A DNA stretch of 43,572 nt from Trueperaceae bacterium (GTDB lineage: Bacteria > Deinococcota > Deinococci > Deinococcales > Trueperaceae), in contig JBBDRK010000031.1 in assembly GCA_040905465.1 (NCBI GenBank), positions 1-43,572 on the forward strand. Reading direction: 5' to 3'. Both the position numbers and the translations under genes were made by a program. Positions 9,291 through 18,909 of the stretch are shown here, in pieces (position 1 is the first letter of the stretch; every line of letters starts with the position of its first letter). A model generated the notes under the pieces. It was not told where the DNA came from, made no database searches, and saw only the letters and a list, made by a program, of their open reading frames with translations.

Positions 9291-10217
9291 ATGACCGCCA
9301 GGCGACGAAGGAGATTCCCGGTGCACGTGGTGGCGTTCCTGGCTCCCGCCGTGCTGATCTACTCGCTGTTCATGATCTTCCCGCTGGTCGATTCGCTGCG
9401 CCTGAGCATGTTTGCGCCTGCAGCGGGAGGAGGAGAGAGCTTCGTGGGCTTCGACAACTACCGGAGGCTCTTCACCCACCCCAACTGGGCGCCGCTGCTG
9501 CGCAACGCCGTCGAGAACAACTTCGTCTTCTTCCTGGTCCACATGGCCGTGCAGAATCCGATTGCACTGTTGCTGGCGGCGCTACTGAGTTCCGCCGCCA
9601 TTCGCGGACGGGTTGTCTACCGGACGCTCATCTTCCTGCCGACCGTGCTGTCGGTCGTCCTCATCGGTTTCATCTGGCGGCTCATACTCAGTCCCATCTG
9701 GGGCATCTCCAAGGACATCCTCGGCGTGTTCGGTCTCTCCCACCTGAACAGGCCATGGCTGGGGTTGGAAGAGACCGCTCTGGTGACTCTTTCACTGGTG
9801 TCGGTCTGGCAGTGGGTGGGGATTCCGATGCTGCTGTTCCTGGCGGCACTGATCACCATCCCCGACGAGCTGGTCGAGGCGGCCCGCATCGACGGGGCGG
9901 GGCCCTGGGCGGTCTTCTGGCGCGTCCGCTTTCCGCTGATCCTGCCGACGGTGGGGATCGTCGCCGTGCTGACCTTCGTCAACAACTTCAACGCCTTCGA
10001 CCTGATCTATACCACCCAGAAGGCGCTTGCGGGTCCCAACTTCTCGACCGATATCCTGGGAACCTTCTTCTTCCGCACTTTCTTCGGCGCCCAGCTGCAG
10101 TCGGGCAACCCGACCATGGGTGCGACCATTGCCGGGGTCATGTTCCTGATAATCCTCGCCGGCGTGCTCATCTACATGTTCGCCTATCAGCGCAGGCTGC
10201 AGCGGATCGAGTTCTAA
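9291..10217 (+). CDS. Carbohydrate ABC transporter permease (MalF-like)
   Basis: FVGFDNY, EAARIDGA EAA loop, six TM segments. Confidence 0.9.
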   Translation: MTARRRRRFPVHVVAFLAPAVLIYSLFMIFPLVDSLRLSMFAPAAGGGESFVGFDNYRRLFTHPNWAPLLRNAVENNFVFFLVHMAVQNPIALLLAALLSSAAIRGRVVYRTLIFLPTVLSVVLIGFIWRLILSPIWGISKDILGVFGLSHLNRPWLGLEETALVTLSLVSVWQWVGIPMLLFLAALITIPDELVEAARIDGAGPWAVFWRVRFPLILPTVGIVAVLTFVNNFNAFDLIYTTQKALAGPNFSTDILGTFFFRTFFGAQLQSGNPTMGATIAGVMFLIILAGVLIYMFAYQRRLQRIEF

Positions 10218-10218
10218 G

Positions 10219-11094
10219 GTGGCGAGCGCTGGCTCCAGATCCACATCACGCAACGAGCGGACTCGGGGCGCCGGCCGATCACTCTCGTCACTCGCCGCCC
10301 ACGCGATACTGCTCACCTACACGGTCATCGCAACCTTTCCGGTGCTGCTGGTCGTAGTCAACTCGATAAAGAGCCGCAGGTCGATTTTCGGCTCGCCTTA
10401 CGCTTTGCCCAACGCGGAAACGTTCGACCTGGTCGGTTACCAGCGGGTGATCGAGGGTGCCGACTTCGAGCGCTACTTCCTGAACAGCCTGATCGTGACC
10501 CTGACGGCGCTGGCGCTGATCCTGCTGACGAGCGCAATGGCCTCGTTCGCTCTGGCCGAGTACGACTTCCGGGGCAATACCCTCCTTGCCCTCTACCTGG
10601 CCGTGGGTATCATGATCCCCATCCGCGTGGGAACGGTCAGCATCCTGCGGATGATGGTGGAGCTCGACCTGAGCGACACGCTGTGGTCGCTCATCCTCGT
10701 CTACTCGGCTCAAGGCATTCCGTTGGCGGTGTTCATCCTGACCACGTTCATGCGCCAGGTGCCGGGCGACCTCAAGGCCGCGGCGCGAGTCGATGGCGCC
10801 AGCGAGTACCGGATATTCGCACTGGTCCTGCCGCTGGTGCGGCCGGCGCTCGGCACAATCGCCGTGTTCAGCATGATCCCGATCTGGAACGACCTGTGGT
10901 TTCCGCTGGTGCTCTCCTCGTCCGAAAGCACCAAGACGATCATCCTGGGAGCGCAGGTGTTCCTGGGGCAGTACGTCAACGACTGGAACGCGGTGCTGGC
11001 CTCGCTCACCCTGGCGATGCTGCCGGTGGTGATCCTCTACGTGATCTTCTCCCGGCAACTGATCCGCGGCCTCACCGCCGGCGCGGTGCGATAG
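10219..11094 (+). CDS. Carbohydrate ABC transporter permease (MalG-like)
   Basis: FLNSLIV, AAARVDGAS, WNDLWFPL, IRGLTAGAVR. Confidence 0.9.
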   Translation: MASAGSRSTSRNERTRGAGRSLSSLAAHAILLTYTVIATFPVLLVVVNSIKSRRSIFGSPYALPNAETFDLVGYQRVIEGADFERYFLNSLIVTLTALALILLTSAMASFALAEYDFRGNTLLALYLAVGIMIPIRVGTVSILRMMVELDLSDTLWSLILVYSAQGIPLAVFILTTFMRQVPGDLKAAARVDGASEYRIFALVLPLVRPALGTIAVFSMIPIWNDLWFPLVLSSSESTKTIILGAQVFLGQYVNDWNAVLASLTLAMLPVVILYVIFSRQLIRGLTAGAVR

Positions 11095-11100
11095 ACGGCT

Positions 11101-11166
11101 GCCGGAGAGCCCGCCGGACAGCCAGCCGGACAGCCGGTATGAGAGACATCCGGAGCCGGAGAGCCA
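11101..11166. repeat. 12-bp GCCGGASAGCCN short tandem repeat between convergent genes
   Basis: Units at 11101, 11113, 11125 and 11155. Confidence 0.7.
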
Positions 11167-11191
11167 CCCGGAGCAATCTTCGGGCGACGAG

Positions 11192-12184
11192 CTACAGCGA
11201 TACCGGCTGCCCCCGCTCGGCCGACTCGTAGCAGGCCAACGCCACGCGCAGCGCCTCGTAGCCGTCGCGCCAACTCACCGCCGGCTCGCGCATTTCGCGC
11301 ACGGCCGAAACGAACTCCTCCAGCATCGCCACGTTCGGATCGCTGCCCCAGCCGTGCCAGCTCGGGTTGCGCTCCTGGCGCCCCGAGTAAACGGTGAGCG
11401 ACTGGGCGAAGGCGTCCAAAGAGAGCGCGCCGCGGTCGCCCACCAACTCCATCTTCAGGTGACCCCATCTGGGATAGCCGGCCGGCCGGCTCCAACTGCA
11501 GTCGATCGCCGCGCAGGTACCATCCTCGAAGGCGAGCGATATCAGACCGGCGCTGTCCACGTCCAGCTCGCCCTGCTGGAACGGGTTACCGACCTCGGCA
11601 TACACCTCGCTCACCTCGCAGCCCAGGAACCAGCGCATGAGGTCCACGAGATGCACCGTGTGATCCATAACCGCACCGCCGCCGGCCAACTCGCGCTGCG
11701 CAAACCAGGCCCGATGACGCGCCGGCATCTCGGCGTGATTCACGCCGTTGATCCCGTGGAGCCGGCCCAGCTCGCCTCGCTCGAGCGCCGTTTTGACCGA
11801 GCGTACAGAGGCGTCGAACCTCATGGGGAAGGCGGTCATGAACAACACGCCATTGCGCTCACAGGCTTCGCCCAGCGCCCTGGCTTCGTCCAGCGATACC
11901 TCGATCGGCTTCTCGCACAGCACGTGCGCTCCTGCCCCGGCAGCCAGCTCGACCAGCTCGAGCCTGCCGGCGTTCTCGGAGCAGATGATCACCGCGTCCA
12001 CCCCAGCTTCGACCAGCTCCTGATGCCGCTCGAACCAGGGAAGCTCGAACGTCTGGGCGAACTGCTTCGCGCGCTCCCGTTCGCCGTCGGAGAATCCGAT
12101 CAGCTCCACACCCGGGAGCCTGCCCAGGATGGCGGCGTAACCCTCGGCGTGCATGTGGGCGATACTCATTATTCCTACTCGCAT
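11192..12184 (-). CDS. Gfo/Idh/MocA family oxidoreductase
   Basis: MRVGIMSIAHMHA, HVLCEKP, GGGAVMDHTVH; TGATG coupling to upstream gene. Confidence 0.88.
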   Translation of the reverse strand: MRVGIMSIAHMHAEGYAAILGRLPGVELIGFSDGERERAKQFAQTFELPWFERHQELVEAGVDAVIICSENAGRLELVELAAGAGAHVLCEKPIEVSLDEARALGEACERNGVLFMTAFPMRFDASVRSVKTALERGELGRLHGINGVNHAEMPARHRAWFAQRELAGGGAVMDHTVHLVDLMRWFLGCEVSEVYAEVGNPFQQGELDVDSAGLISLAFEDGTCAAIDCSWSRPAGYPRWGHLKMELVGDRGALSLDAFAQSLTVYSGRQERNPSWHGWGSDPNVAMLEEFVSAVREMREPAVSWRDGYEALRVALACYESAERGQPVSL

Positions 12185-13176
12185 CAGGCGACCTCGGACG
12201 GCGCGACGGCTCGTCCCGTTCGCAACGACTCCTTGGCGGCAAGCGCAACCCGCAGGGCGGCGAGCGCCTCCTCCGGCGTGACGGCGAAGGGGTCGCCACT
12301 CTCCAGCGCCTGGTGCACATGGCGGATCTGCCCGGTGTAGGGATCCTCCTCCAGCCCGCCCAGCGGCAGGCCGACTGCGGCGGCGTTGGCGTTCGAGTCG
12401 GACAAGAACCGTCTGACCGGCTCGCTGCTGTCCGAATCCCACTCGATCACACCCTCGGTGCCGGCCAGGTCGAAACCGACGCGGAAGAGGCCCGGGGGAT
12501 AAACCCAGCCGCCCTCGAGCAGCGCCATGGCGCCGGAGGCGAACCGCAAGGTCACCAGCGCGTAGTCCGCGAGCTCTCCCTCTGGCCGGACCGCCGTTCG
12601 CGTGTGTACCCTGGTCACCTCGCCCGCAAGCGACGCGGCGTAGTCGAAATCGTGGATCATCAGGTCCACGATCATTCCGCCGGAACGCTGCGCGTCGTCG
12701 AACCAGCTCTGCTCCCCTGCCCTTGGCGGGTAGGAGACCCGTTTCAGCCGCAGGACACCGAGGTCACCTATGGCGCCGTCCGCAATCAGCTGAGCCGCCG
12801 AGCGGTACTGCGGAAAGAAGCGCACCACCATCGCCACGAACAACCTCACGCCGGCCCGCTGACACGCCTCGATCATCTCCCGTCCCTGCACCAGGCCGAG
12901 AGCGATCGGCTTCTCGCACACCACGTGGACGCCGGCGGCGGCCGCCTCGAGGGTCATCGGGTGGTGCAGGTCGCTGGGAACGCACAGGTCGACGACATCT
13001 ACGTCGCTCAGCAGTTCGTCAAGGGTGCGGTAGGCGCGGGCTCCGTGGCGCTCCGCCAGGCGCTCGGCCGACGCATGGCCCTGCGACACGAAGCCGACGA
13101 GTCGGGCGTCAGTTGCACGCCAGCCGGCGGCGTGCGCCTCCCCCATCGAGCCGGCACCGACGATACCTACCCGCAT
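12184..13176 (-). CDS. Gfo/Idh/MocA family oxidoreductase
   Basis: VGIVGAGSMG Rossmann motif, HVVCEKP, SGGMIVDLMIHD; RBS AGGAGG. Confidence 0.9.
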   Translation of the reverse strand: MRVGIVGAGSMGEAHAAGWRATDARLVGFVSQGHASAERLAERHGARAYRTLDELLSDVDVVDLCVPSDLHHPMTLEAAAAGVHVVCEKPIALGLVQGREMIEACQRAGVRLFVAMVVRFFPQYRSAAQLIADGAIGDLGVLRLKRVSYPPRAGEQSWFDDAQRSGGMIVDLMIHDFDYAASLAGEVTRVHTRTAVRPEGELADYALVTLRFASGAMALLEGGWVYPPGLFRVGFDLAGTEGVIEWDSDSSEPVRRFLSDSNANAAAVGLPLGGLEEDPYTGQIRHVHQALESGDPFAVTPEEALAALRVALAAKESLRTGRAVAPSEVA

Positions 13177-13249
13177 CAAGCACCTCCTACACGCGTTTAT
13201 TGCCCGCCGACTGTAACACGGTGAGGCGCTGGCGAGCCAAGGCGAGCGG

Positions 13250-14002
13250 CTAGGCCTTGCTGTCTACTACTTCGCAACCGCCGTCGTCGCAATAGCCTTC
13301 GCCGTCGGAGCGGCCCGGATCGGTTTCGTTCGAGCCGGCGTCGTTGCCGAGAATGGTGAGCGGGCGTGTTTCGGACCAGGTCCTCTCCAGAACCTGAAGG
13401 AATACGTCCGGGCTCTGGGCGCCGGAGATGCCGTAGCGCTGGTCGAAGACGAAGAAGGGCACGCCGTTCGCGCCCAGCTCCTGGGCCCGGCGCTCGTCGG
13501 CGCGTACCTCGTCCGCGAATTCGTCGCCGGCTAGCGCCGCTGCCGCCCGCTCACGGTCGATGCCGATCTCCGCCGCCAGCTCGGTTAGGGTTTCGCGTTC
13601 CCCGATCGGCTTGCCCTCGCTGAAGTAGGCGGCGAGCAGTCGCTCCTTGGCCTGCTGCTGCAGCCCGTTCTCGGCGGCCAAGTGGATCAGCCGGTGGGCG
13701 TCGAAAGTGTTGGCGCGCTTGGCGACATCGAGCCGAAACTCGACTCCCTCGGCCTCTGCCAACTCGGTAACCTGCGCGTTCATCTCCCGGGCGCGCTCCA
13801 GGCTGACTCCGTACTTGCCCGCCAGCATCTCGTCTACCGGTTGTTGCCCGGATTCGCCCGGGGCGTATGGATCCAACTCGAAGCTGCGCCAGACGATCTG
13901 TACCGACTCGGCGTGCTCGAATTCGGACAGCGCACTCTCCAGGCGCCTCTTGCCGATGTAGCACCAGGGGCACACCACGTCTGACCAGATTTCAATTTTC
14001 AT
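13250..14002 (-). CDS. frnE: DsbA family oxidoreductase (FrnE type)
   Basis: WSDVVCPWCYIG, NTFDAHRL, GVPFFVF, C-terminal CDDGGC tail. Confidence 0.85.
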   Translation of the reverse strand: MKIEIWSDVVCPWCYIGKRRLESALSEFEHAESVQIVWRSFELDPYAPGESGQQPVDEMLAGKYGVSLERAREMNAQVTELAEAEGVEFRLDVAKRANTFDAHRLIHLAAENGLQQQAKERLLAAYFSEGKPIGERETLTELAAEIGIDRERAAAALAGDEFADEVRADERRAQELGANGVPFFVFDQRYGISGAQSPDVFLQVLERTWSETRPLTILGNDAGSNETDPGRSDGEGYCDDGGCEVVDSKA

Positions 14003-14180
14003 TTCCCTCTCCCTCGATAATGCCGGGTTCGTGAAGTTATGTCAGCGGCACCTCGCTCCGGAGCGGCTGTAGCCAGCCTAGTTACAACCGCTTCGAGTGT
14101 CAACGGGCGCAGGATCATTACTTGCGCCCGGCTCACCTGCTGTGCCTGACGCTCGGCTGCCGTCGGGTCAAGCAGGTAAG

Positions 14181-14207
14181 CGATATATTGGATTCGATAT
14201 ATCGAAT
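14181..14207. promoter_or_regulatory. Putative GntR operator (unit 1)
   Basis: Perfect 16-bp palindrome ATTCGATATATCGAAT (14192-14207) plus an imperfect copy CGATATATTG (14181-14190), just upstream of the GntR gene. Confidence 0.7.
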
Positions 14208-14234
14208 TGCGGCTGTGATAGCATTGCGCCAGTC

Positions 14235-14945
14235 ATGCCGATCAGCAAAGTAAGCAGCCGTGGCCGTCTATCGTACCAAGTACATCGGGCACTGAGATCG
14301 GCCCTTCTGGCAAGAACGTTCGCTCCCGGCTCGAAATTGATAGTGCGAGAGCTCGCCGAGCACCTCGACCTGTCGCCTACCCCTGTCAAGGAGGCCTTGA
14401 CCACCTTGGCGAAGGAGGGGCTGGTCAGGTCCGAGGCGCGCCGGGGATTCTTCGTGCAGCAACTCGGTGCACGAGATATTGCCGAGATCTACAGCATCAG
14501 GCAGGTGCACGAGGGATTGGCGGCCCGGCTGGCGACGCCAAAGGTGACCGCTCGTAGCATCTCGCGCCTCAGACGGCTGGTCGACAAGCAGGCCAAGCTG
14601 GCCACGCGGGGCGATTTCGAGGCCTACGGCGATTCGGACATGCAGTTTCATCAGCTGATATGGACGGCATCGGACAACAGGCGGCTGGTCGAGATCGCCG
14701 AGGGGCTCATGGGACAGGTCAGGCTGCTGATGAGTACTTCGGCGGAGGTGCCGGGTCGACTGGAGAAGTCGATCGGTGAGCACCGGGAGATCGTACGGCT
14801 GATGGCCGAGGGCTTGCCGGACGCTGCCGCCGACGCCATGATGCGACACATCAGAAACGCCGGAGACGATCTCTACCGGTACCTGGCGGCCGAAGGCGCC
14901 GCTAGCGACCCCTCGTCGCCCACTGCGGTTGGAGGAGTTCGATGA
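14235..14945 (+). CDS. GntR family transcriptional regulator (FCD domain)
   Basis: PGSKLIVRELAEHLDLSPTPVKEAL wHTH; DMQFH, EHREI, MMRHI FCD histidines. Confidence 0.9.
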   Translation: MPISKVSSRGRLSYQVHRALRSALLARTFAPGSKLIVRELAEHLDLSPTPVKEALTTLAKEGLVRSEARRGFFVQQLGARDIAEIYSIRQVHEGLAARLATPKVTARSISRLRRLVDKQAKLATRGDFEAYGDSDMQFHQLIWTASDNRRLVEIAEGLMGQVRLLMSTSAEVPGRLEKSIGEHREIVRLMAEGLPDAAADAMMRHIRNAGDDLYRYLAAEGAASDPSSPTAVGGVR

Positions 14946-16147
14946 AATTCGACCTGGTAATCGCCAACGGTACTCTGATAGATCCTTCCCAGGGCGTCGC
15001 CCGTAGATGCGATGTCGGCGTCAAGGAAGGCCGGGTGGCGCAGATAGGTGAGCGGCTCCCGACGGATCAGGCCAGCTCCACCATCGACGCCCAAGGGATG
15101 TACGTCACGCCAGGCCTCGTCGACCTGCACGCCCACTGCTATTGGGGCGGCAACCCGGGCGGGATCAACGCAGACAAGATCGGTCCCGCCACCGGCGTGA
15201 CTACCTGGGTAGACACCGGCTCGACCGGAGCCGGGAACTTCGAGGGCTTCTACTACCACGTCATCAAGCGCTCCACGGTCCGGATTCTGCCCCTTCTCAA
15301 CATCTCCCATGTCGGCACGCTGTTGGGCGCCGGGCTCGTTCTCAACGGCGGCGAGCTGTTCGACTTCCGCTTCGCCAATCTTCACGAAATCATCCGGGTT
15401 GGGGAGAAGTTTCGGGACGCGATCTGCGGGGTAAAGGTTCGGGCCAGTGTCAACGCCACCGGCCCGAACAGTCTCGACGCTCTCAGGATCGCCCGCGCCG
15501 CCGGAGACGCCCTCGAGCTGCCGGTAATGGTGCATGTCGGGCCCCCACCACCCTTCATCGAGGACGTCCTGGACCAACTGAAGGAGGGTGATATCGTCAC
15601 CCACTGCTTCACTCCGTATCACGGCGGAATAGTGGACCATCGACTGCGGATCAAGGACGCTGTTCGAGATGCTCGCGAGCGCGGGGTGCTGTTCGACGTT
15701 GCACACGGCGCCGGAAGTTTCTCCTTTGAGGTCGCGGAGGCGGCTCTCATGCAGGACTTCCCGCCCGACACGATCAGTACCGATCTCCATGCACGAAACC
15801 TCAACGGTCCGGTACACGACCTCCCCACGACCATGTCGAAGTTCCTGGCACTGGGGATGGAGCTCGAAGAAGTGATAGCGCGGGCGACTCACGTTCCTGC
15901 CAAGGCCATAGGAGCCCAGGGGGCGGGCTCGCTGAGTGTCGGCAACCCGGCGGACATTGCCGTACTATCGGCGGACGCGGGCGAGTTCCCGATGCTCGAC
16001 TCCCAGGCGGAGAGGCGACTAGGAGCGATTCGCCTCTCCGCTGCCATCACACTGGTTGCCGGCGAGCGCGTCGAGCCGGTGCAGGACGATCGCAACGAGG
16101 AAAGCGCACGAAGCAACTTCCCGGCCGTGCGCAGCTACCGACCATGA
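14942..16147 (+). CDS. Dihydroorotase-like amidohydrolase/deacetylase (COG3964 type)
   Basis: PGLVDLHAH, VDTGSTG, GVKVR, MVHVG, THCF, FDVAHG, ISTDLH. Confidence 0.85.
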   Translation: MKFDLVIANGTLIDPSQGVARRCDVGVKEGRVAQIGERLPTDQASSTIDAQGMYVTPGLVDLHAHCYWGGNPGGINADKIGPATGVTTWVDTGSTGAGNFEGFYYHVIKRSTVRILPLLNISHVGTLLGAGLVLNGGELFDFRFANLHEIIRVGEKFRDAICGVKVRASVNATGPNSLDALRIARAAGDALELPVMVHVGPPPPFIEDVLDQLKEGDIVTHCFTPYHGGIVDHRLRIKDAVRDARERGVLFDVAHGAGSFSFEVAEAALMQDFPPDTISTDLHARNLNGPVHDLPTTMSKFLALGMELEEVIARATHVPAKAIGAQGAGSLSVGNPADIAVLSADAGEFPMLDSQAERRLGAIRLSAAITLVAGERVEPVQDDRNEESARSNFPAVRSYRP

Positions 16148-16231
16148 TCGAGGTCAGGGGAAAGGCTACGACCGCCGAAGCCGGAAGCGGTGCGGCAGCA
16201 AGGCCGGCGGAGTAGCGGCAGGGAGGATAAC

Positions 16232-17707
16232 GTGAACGACCAAGGAATCAAAGTCTCGCGCGAGCGTTTGGAAGCGGGTCCCGGCGAAATCTATGCACGA
16301 ACCGTTCTGCTCCCGGTCTTCGAATTCAAGCGGCAGCACCTCTACCTCGCGCTCGTCCGCGCGCACAAAGCCTGGGTGGCCATGCTCGAAACCACCGGCA
16401 ACGTCACATCGGTAGACGCGGCCAAGCTCCTCGCCACACTCGACGACCTCGGCCGCGAAGGTCATACGGCGCTCGGGGAGTTCGATCCGAACCTCGAATA
16501 CTTCTACTCCCATATGGAGCATCAGCTCAACCTACGGCTCGGCGAGGATGTGGCCGGCAACATCAACATCGCCCGGACCCGCCCCGAGCCTCTGGCGCGG
16601 ATGCTGATACGCGAGCGGCTGCTCACCGTTATCGGTCTGGTCATCGCGCTTCGCAAAACCCTCATACGGCTGGCAGCGCGTGAAGCGAGCACGGTGATGC
16701 CGGGCTGGACTCACTTCCAGCATGCGCAGGCGGCTACCGTCGGGCACTACTTCCTCGCCATTCAGGATGTTTTGCAGCGGGACACCGTCAGGCTCGACCA
16801 CGCGTACGCTACCGTCAATCGCTGCACCTTGGGTTGCGGAGCGCTGGCCGGTACGTCGTACGAGATCGATCGCGAGCATGTGGCCAGGGCACTGGGATTT
16901 GACGGCCTGATCGAGAACTCGCTCGACTGCGTCGCGGGTGCCGACCATTACACCGAGACGATAGCCGCGCTGACGGGCATGATGATCAACCTGAGCCGAT
17001 TCTGCGACGATCTCTACACCCTCCACACCTGGGAGTTCAGATTTCTGGAGATCGGGGACGACTACTCGGGCTCCAGCAGCATGATGCCGCAAAAAAAGAA
17101 CCCTTATCCGTTCGAGTATGTTCGGGCGCGAGCGGGACACATTGCAGGGCTGATGAGCTCGGCTCACACCATCTTGCACAACACCAACTTCCAGGACATC
17201 AAGGATGTCGAGGAGGAGGCGCTCTACCCGGTGTTCGAGGCCCTCACCCAGACCGAACGCGCGCTCGAGCTGCTCGACGGCACCCTGTCCACGGTGCGGT
17301 TCGACGCGGAACGAATGCTCCAGGTCACCACCGAGGGCTTCTCCACGGCCACCGAATTGGCGGCGGTCATCCACCGCACCAGCGGCCTCTCCTACCGCAC
17401 GTCCCACAGGATCGTCGGCGACGTGGTGCGACGAGCGGTGAGCAGGAAACTGGCTGCCGTGGAGGTAACCGAGGTGCTGGTCAACGAAGCGGCCGTCAAG
17501 GTGATCGGCCGCCCACTGGAGCTCATTACCGCCCAGATCAAGGGTGCCCTCGATCCCACGGCCTTCGTCAATGCTCACGTCAGCCGCGGCGGCACCGCGC
17601 CGGTTGAGGTTCACCGGATGATCGAGGAGCGCAGCAGTCGAATCACAACAGAGGAGAAGGAACTCGCGACAAGGGTCGACGGCATCGCGGAGCGGGATAA
17701 GGTCTAG
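16232..17707 (+). CDS. Argininosuccinate lyase-like C-N/C-S lyase (fumarase/aspartase superfamily), probably not ArgH
   Basis: MPGWTHFQHAQ, GSSSMMPQKKNP signature; SRND replaced by TRPE; GTG start after GGGAGG. Confidence 0.82.
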   Translation: MNDQGIKVSRERLEAGPGEIYARTVLLPVFEFKRQHLYLALVRAHKAWVAMLETTGNVTSVDAAKLLATLDDLGREGHTALGEFDPNLEYFYSHMEHQLNLRLGEDVAGNINIARTRPEPLARMLIRERLLTVIGLVIALRKTLIRLAAREASTVMPGWTHFQHAQAATVGHYFLAIQDVLQRDTVRLDHAYATVNRCTLGCGALAGTSYEIDREHVARALGFDGLIENSLDCVAGADHYTETIAALTGMMINLSRFCDDLYTLHTWEFRFLEIGDDYSGSSSMMPQKKNPYPFEYVRARAGHIAGLMSSAHTILHNTNFQDIKDVEEEALYPVFEALTQTERALELLDGTLSTVRFDAERMLQVTTEGFSTATELAAVIHRTSGLSYRTSHRIVGDVVRRAVSRKLAAVEVTEVLVNEAAVKVIGRPLELITAQIKGALDPTAFVNAHVSRGGTAPVEVHRMIEERSSRITTEEKELATRVDGIAERDKV

Positions 17708-18562
17708 ATGGAGAGCCTGGCAGTAGACATCTGGCGTGGTGGGGAGCAGGGGCGATTCGAGCGCTACCGAGTGCCTCGTCTGAGCAACCAGACCGTGCTC
17801 GATGTGGTGAGCTACGTGCAGCAGCACCTCGACTCCACTCTCGCCTACCGGTTCGCCTGTCGCGTGGGAATGTGCGGGTCGTGCACCATGACGGTCAACG
17901 GCGTTCCCCGCTGGACTTGCCGTACCCACGTCGAGCGGGTGGCGGGAACGAAAACGCTGACGATCGAGCCACTCCGGAATTTCCCCGTTATCAAGGATCT
18001 GGTGTGCGACGTAAGCGAGTTCTTCGACAAGCTTGCCCAGGCCGGAGGCTACTTCCGGCCTACCCGCACGCGCAACGACGAGCTCGCGGTGGTTCCGCCG
18101 GACACGCTAGAGCGGGCGCGGGTCGACGAAGCGATCGAATGCATAGGCTGCGGTGCTTGCTACGCGTCCTGCGCTGTAGAAGCGATGGATCCACGCTATC
18201 TGGGACCCGCTGCCCTCAACCGGATCTGGACACTGCTGAACGACGTACGTGATGGAGCCGGAGCCCACCGACTGATCGTCGCGGCAGGTGCCGGCGGCTG
18301 CCACTCCTGCAAGACGCTGATGAGCTGTACCGACCTGTGCCCCAAACGGATACCGCTCACGGCCTCCATCGCCGGCCTGAAGCGCGCTACCGTCCCGGGA
18401 CTGCTGGGGCCGGGAGTCGCTCGACGGCATGATCGCGCCGGCAGCGACGGGCCCGCGGCCGGAACCAGCGGCGAGTTGCCGGCCGGATCCGGCGCGTCTC
18501 GACAGGGGGCGAGCCGGAAGAAGGGAGGACCGAGTGTCGAGGATGGCTCGAAGCCGCTCTAG
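17708..18562 (+). CDS. Succinate dehydrogenase/fumarate reductase iron-sulfur subunit
   Basis: CRVGMCGSC...C, CIGCGACYASC, CHSCKTLMSCTDLCP. Confidence 0.9.
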   Translation: MESLAVDIWRGGEQGRFERYRVPRLSNQTVLDVVSYVQQHLDSTLAYRFACRVGMCGSCTMTVNGVPRWTCRTHVERVAGTKTLTIEPLRNFPVIKDLVCDVSEFFDKLAQAGGYFRPTRTRNDELAVVPPDTLERARVDEAIECIGCGACYASCAVEAMDPRYLGPAALNRIWTLLNDVRDGAGAHRLIVAAGAGGCHSCKTLMSCTDLCPKRIPLTASIAGLKRATVPGLLGPGVARRHDRAGSDGPAAGTSGELPAGSGASRQGASRKKGGPSVEDGSKPL

Positions 18563-18899
18563 GGCGTTGCCGAGTGAGTTGTCGCGCGGCGCTTATGGCG
18601 CATGGGCGTGGCTGCTTCAGCGACTCAGCGCGCTACTGCTGCTGGTGCTGTTGCCGATCAAGATCTGGTCGGGCTATGTGTTCACCGGCAAAGCGTCCGG
18701 ACCCGCCGGCCTGGCATCCCTGCACGTCGATCCGGTAATTGACGGGCTGCTCCTGTTCGCCCTCGCCTTCCACGTGCTCTTCGGGCTTAGAGTCGTGCTC
18801 ATCGACCTCGGCATGGCCAGGCACTCGGCCACTCTGTTCAAGCTGTCGCTACTGCTCGCCGTCGGGCTCTCCGTGGCAGCGATTGCGGCCGTCCGGTGA
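18543..18899 (+). CDS. SDH/FRD cytochrome b membrane anchor subunit
   Basis: Three TM helices; WLLQRLSA; AFHVLFGLR heme-His motif. Confidence 0.75.
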   Translation: MARSRSRALPSELSRGAYGAWAWLLQRLSALLLLVLLPIKIWSGYVFTGKASGPAGLASLHVDPVIDGLLLFALAFHVLFGLRVVLIDLGMARHSATLFKLSLLLAVGLSVAAIAAVR

Positions 18900-18909
18900 C
18901 AGGAGACCC

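Noticed and set aside
11101-11170. CRISPR array
   Set aside because: Units are only 12 bp, contiguous and without spacers; no cas genes
14942-16147. Calling the hydrolase pyrC
   Set aside because: Motifs (DLHAH, STDLH) fit the COG3964 deacetylase-like group and there is no pyr context
16232-17707. Calling the lyase argH
   Set aside because: SRND motif is altered, no other arg genes are present, and the context is catabolic
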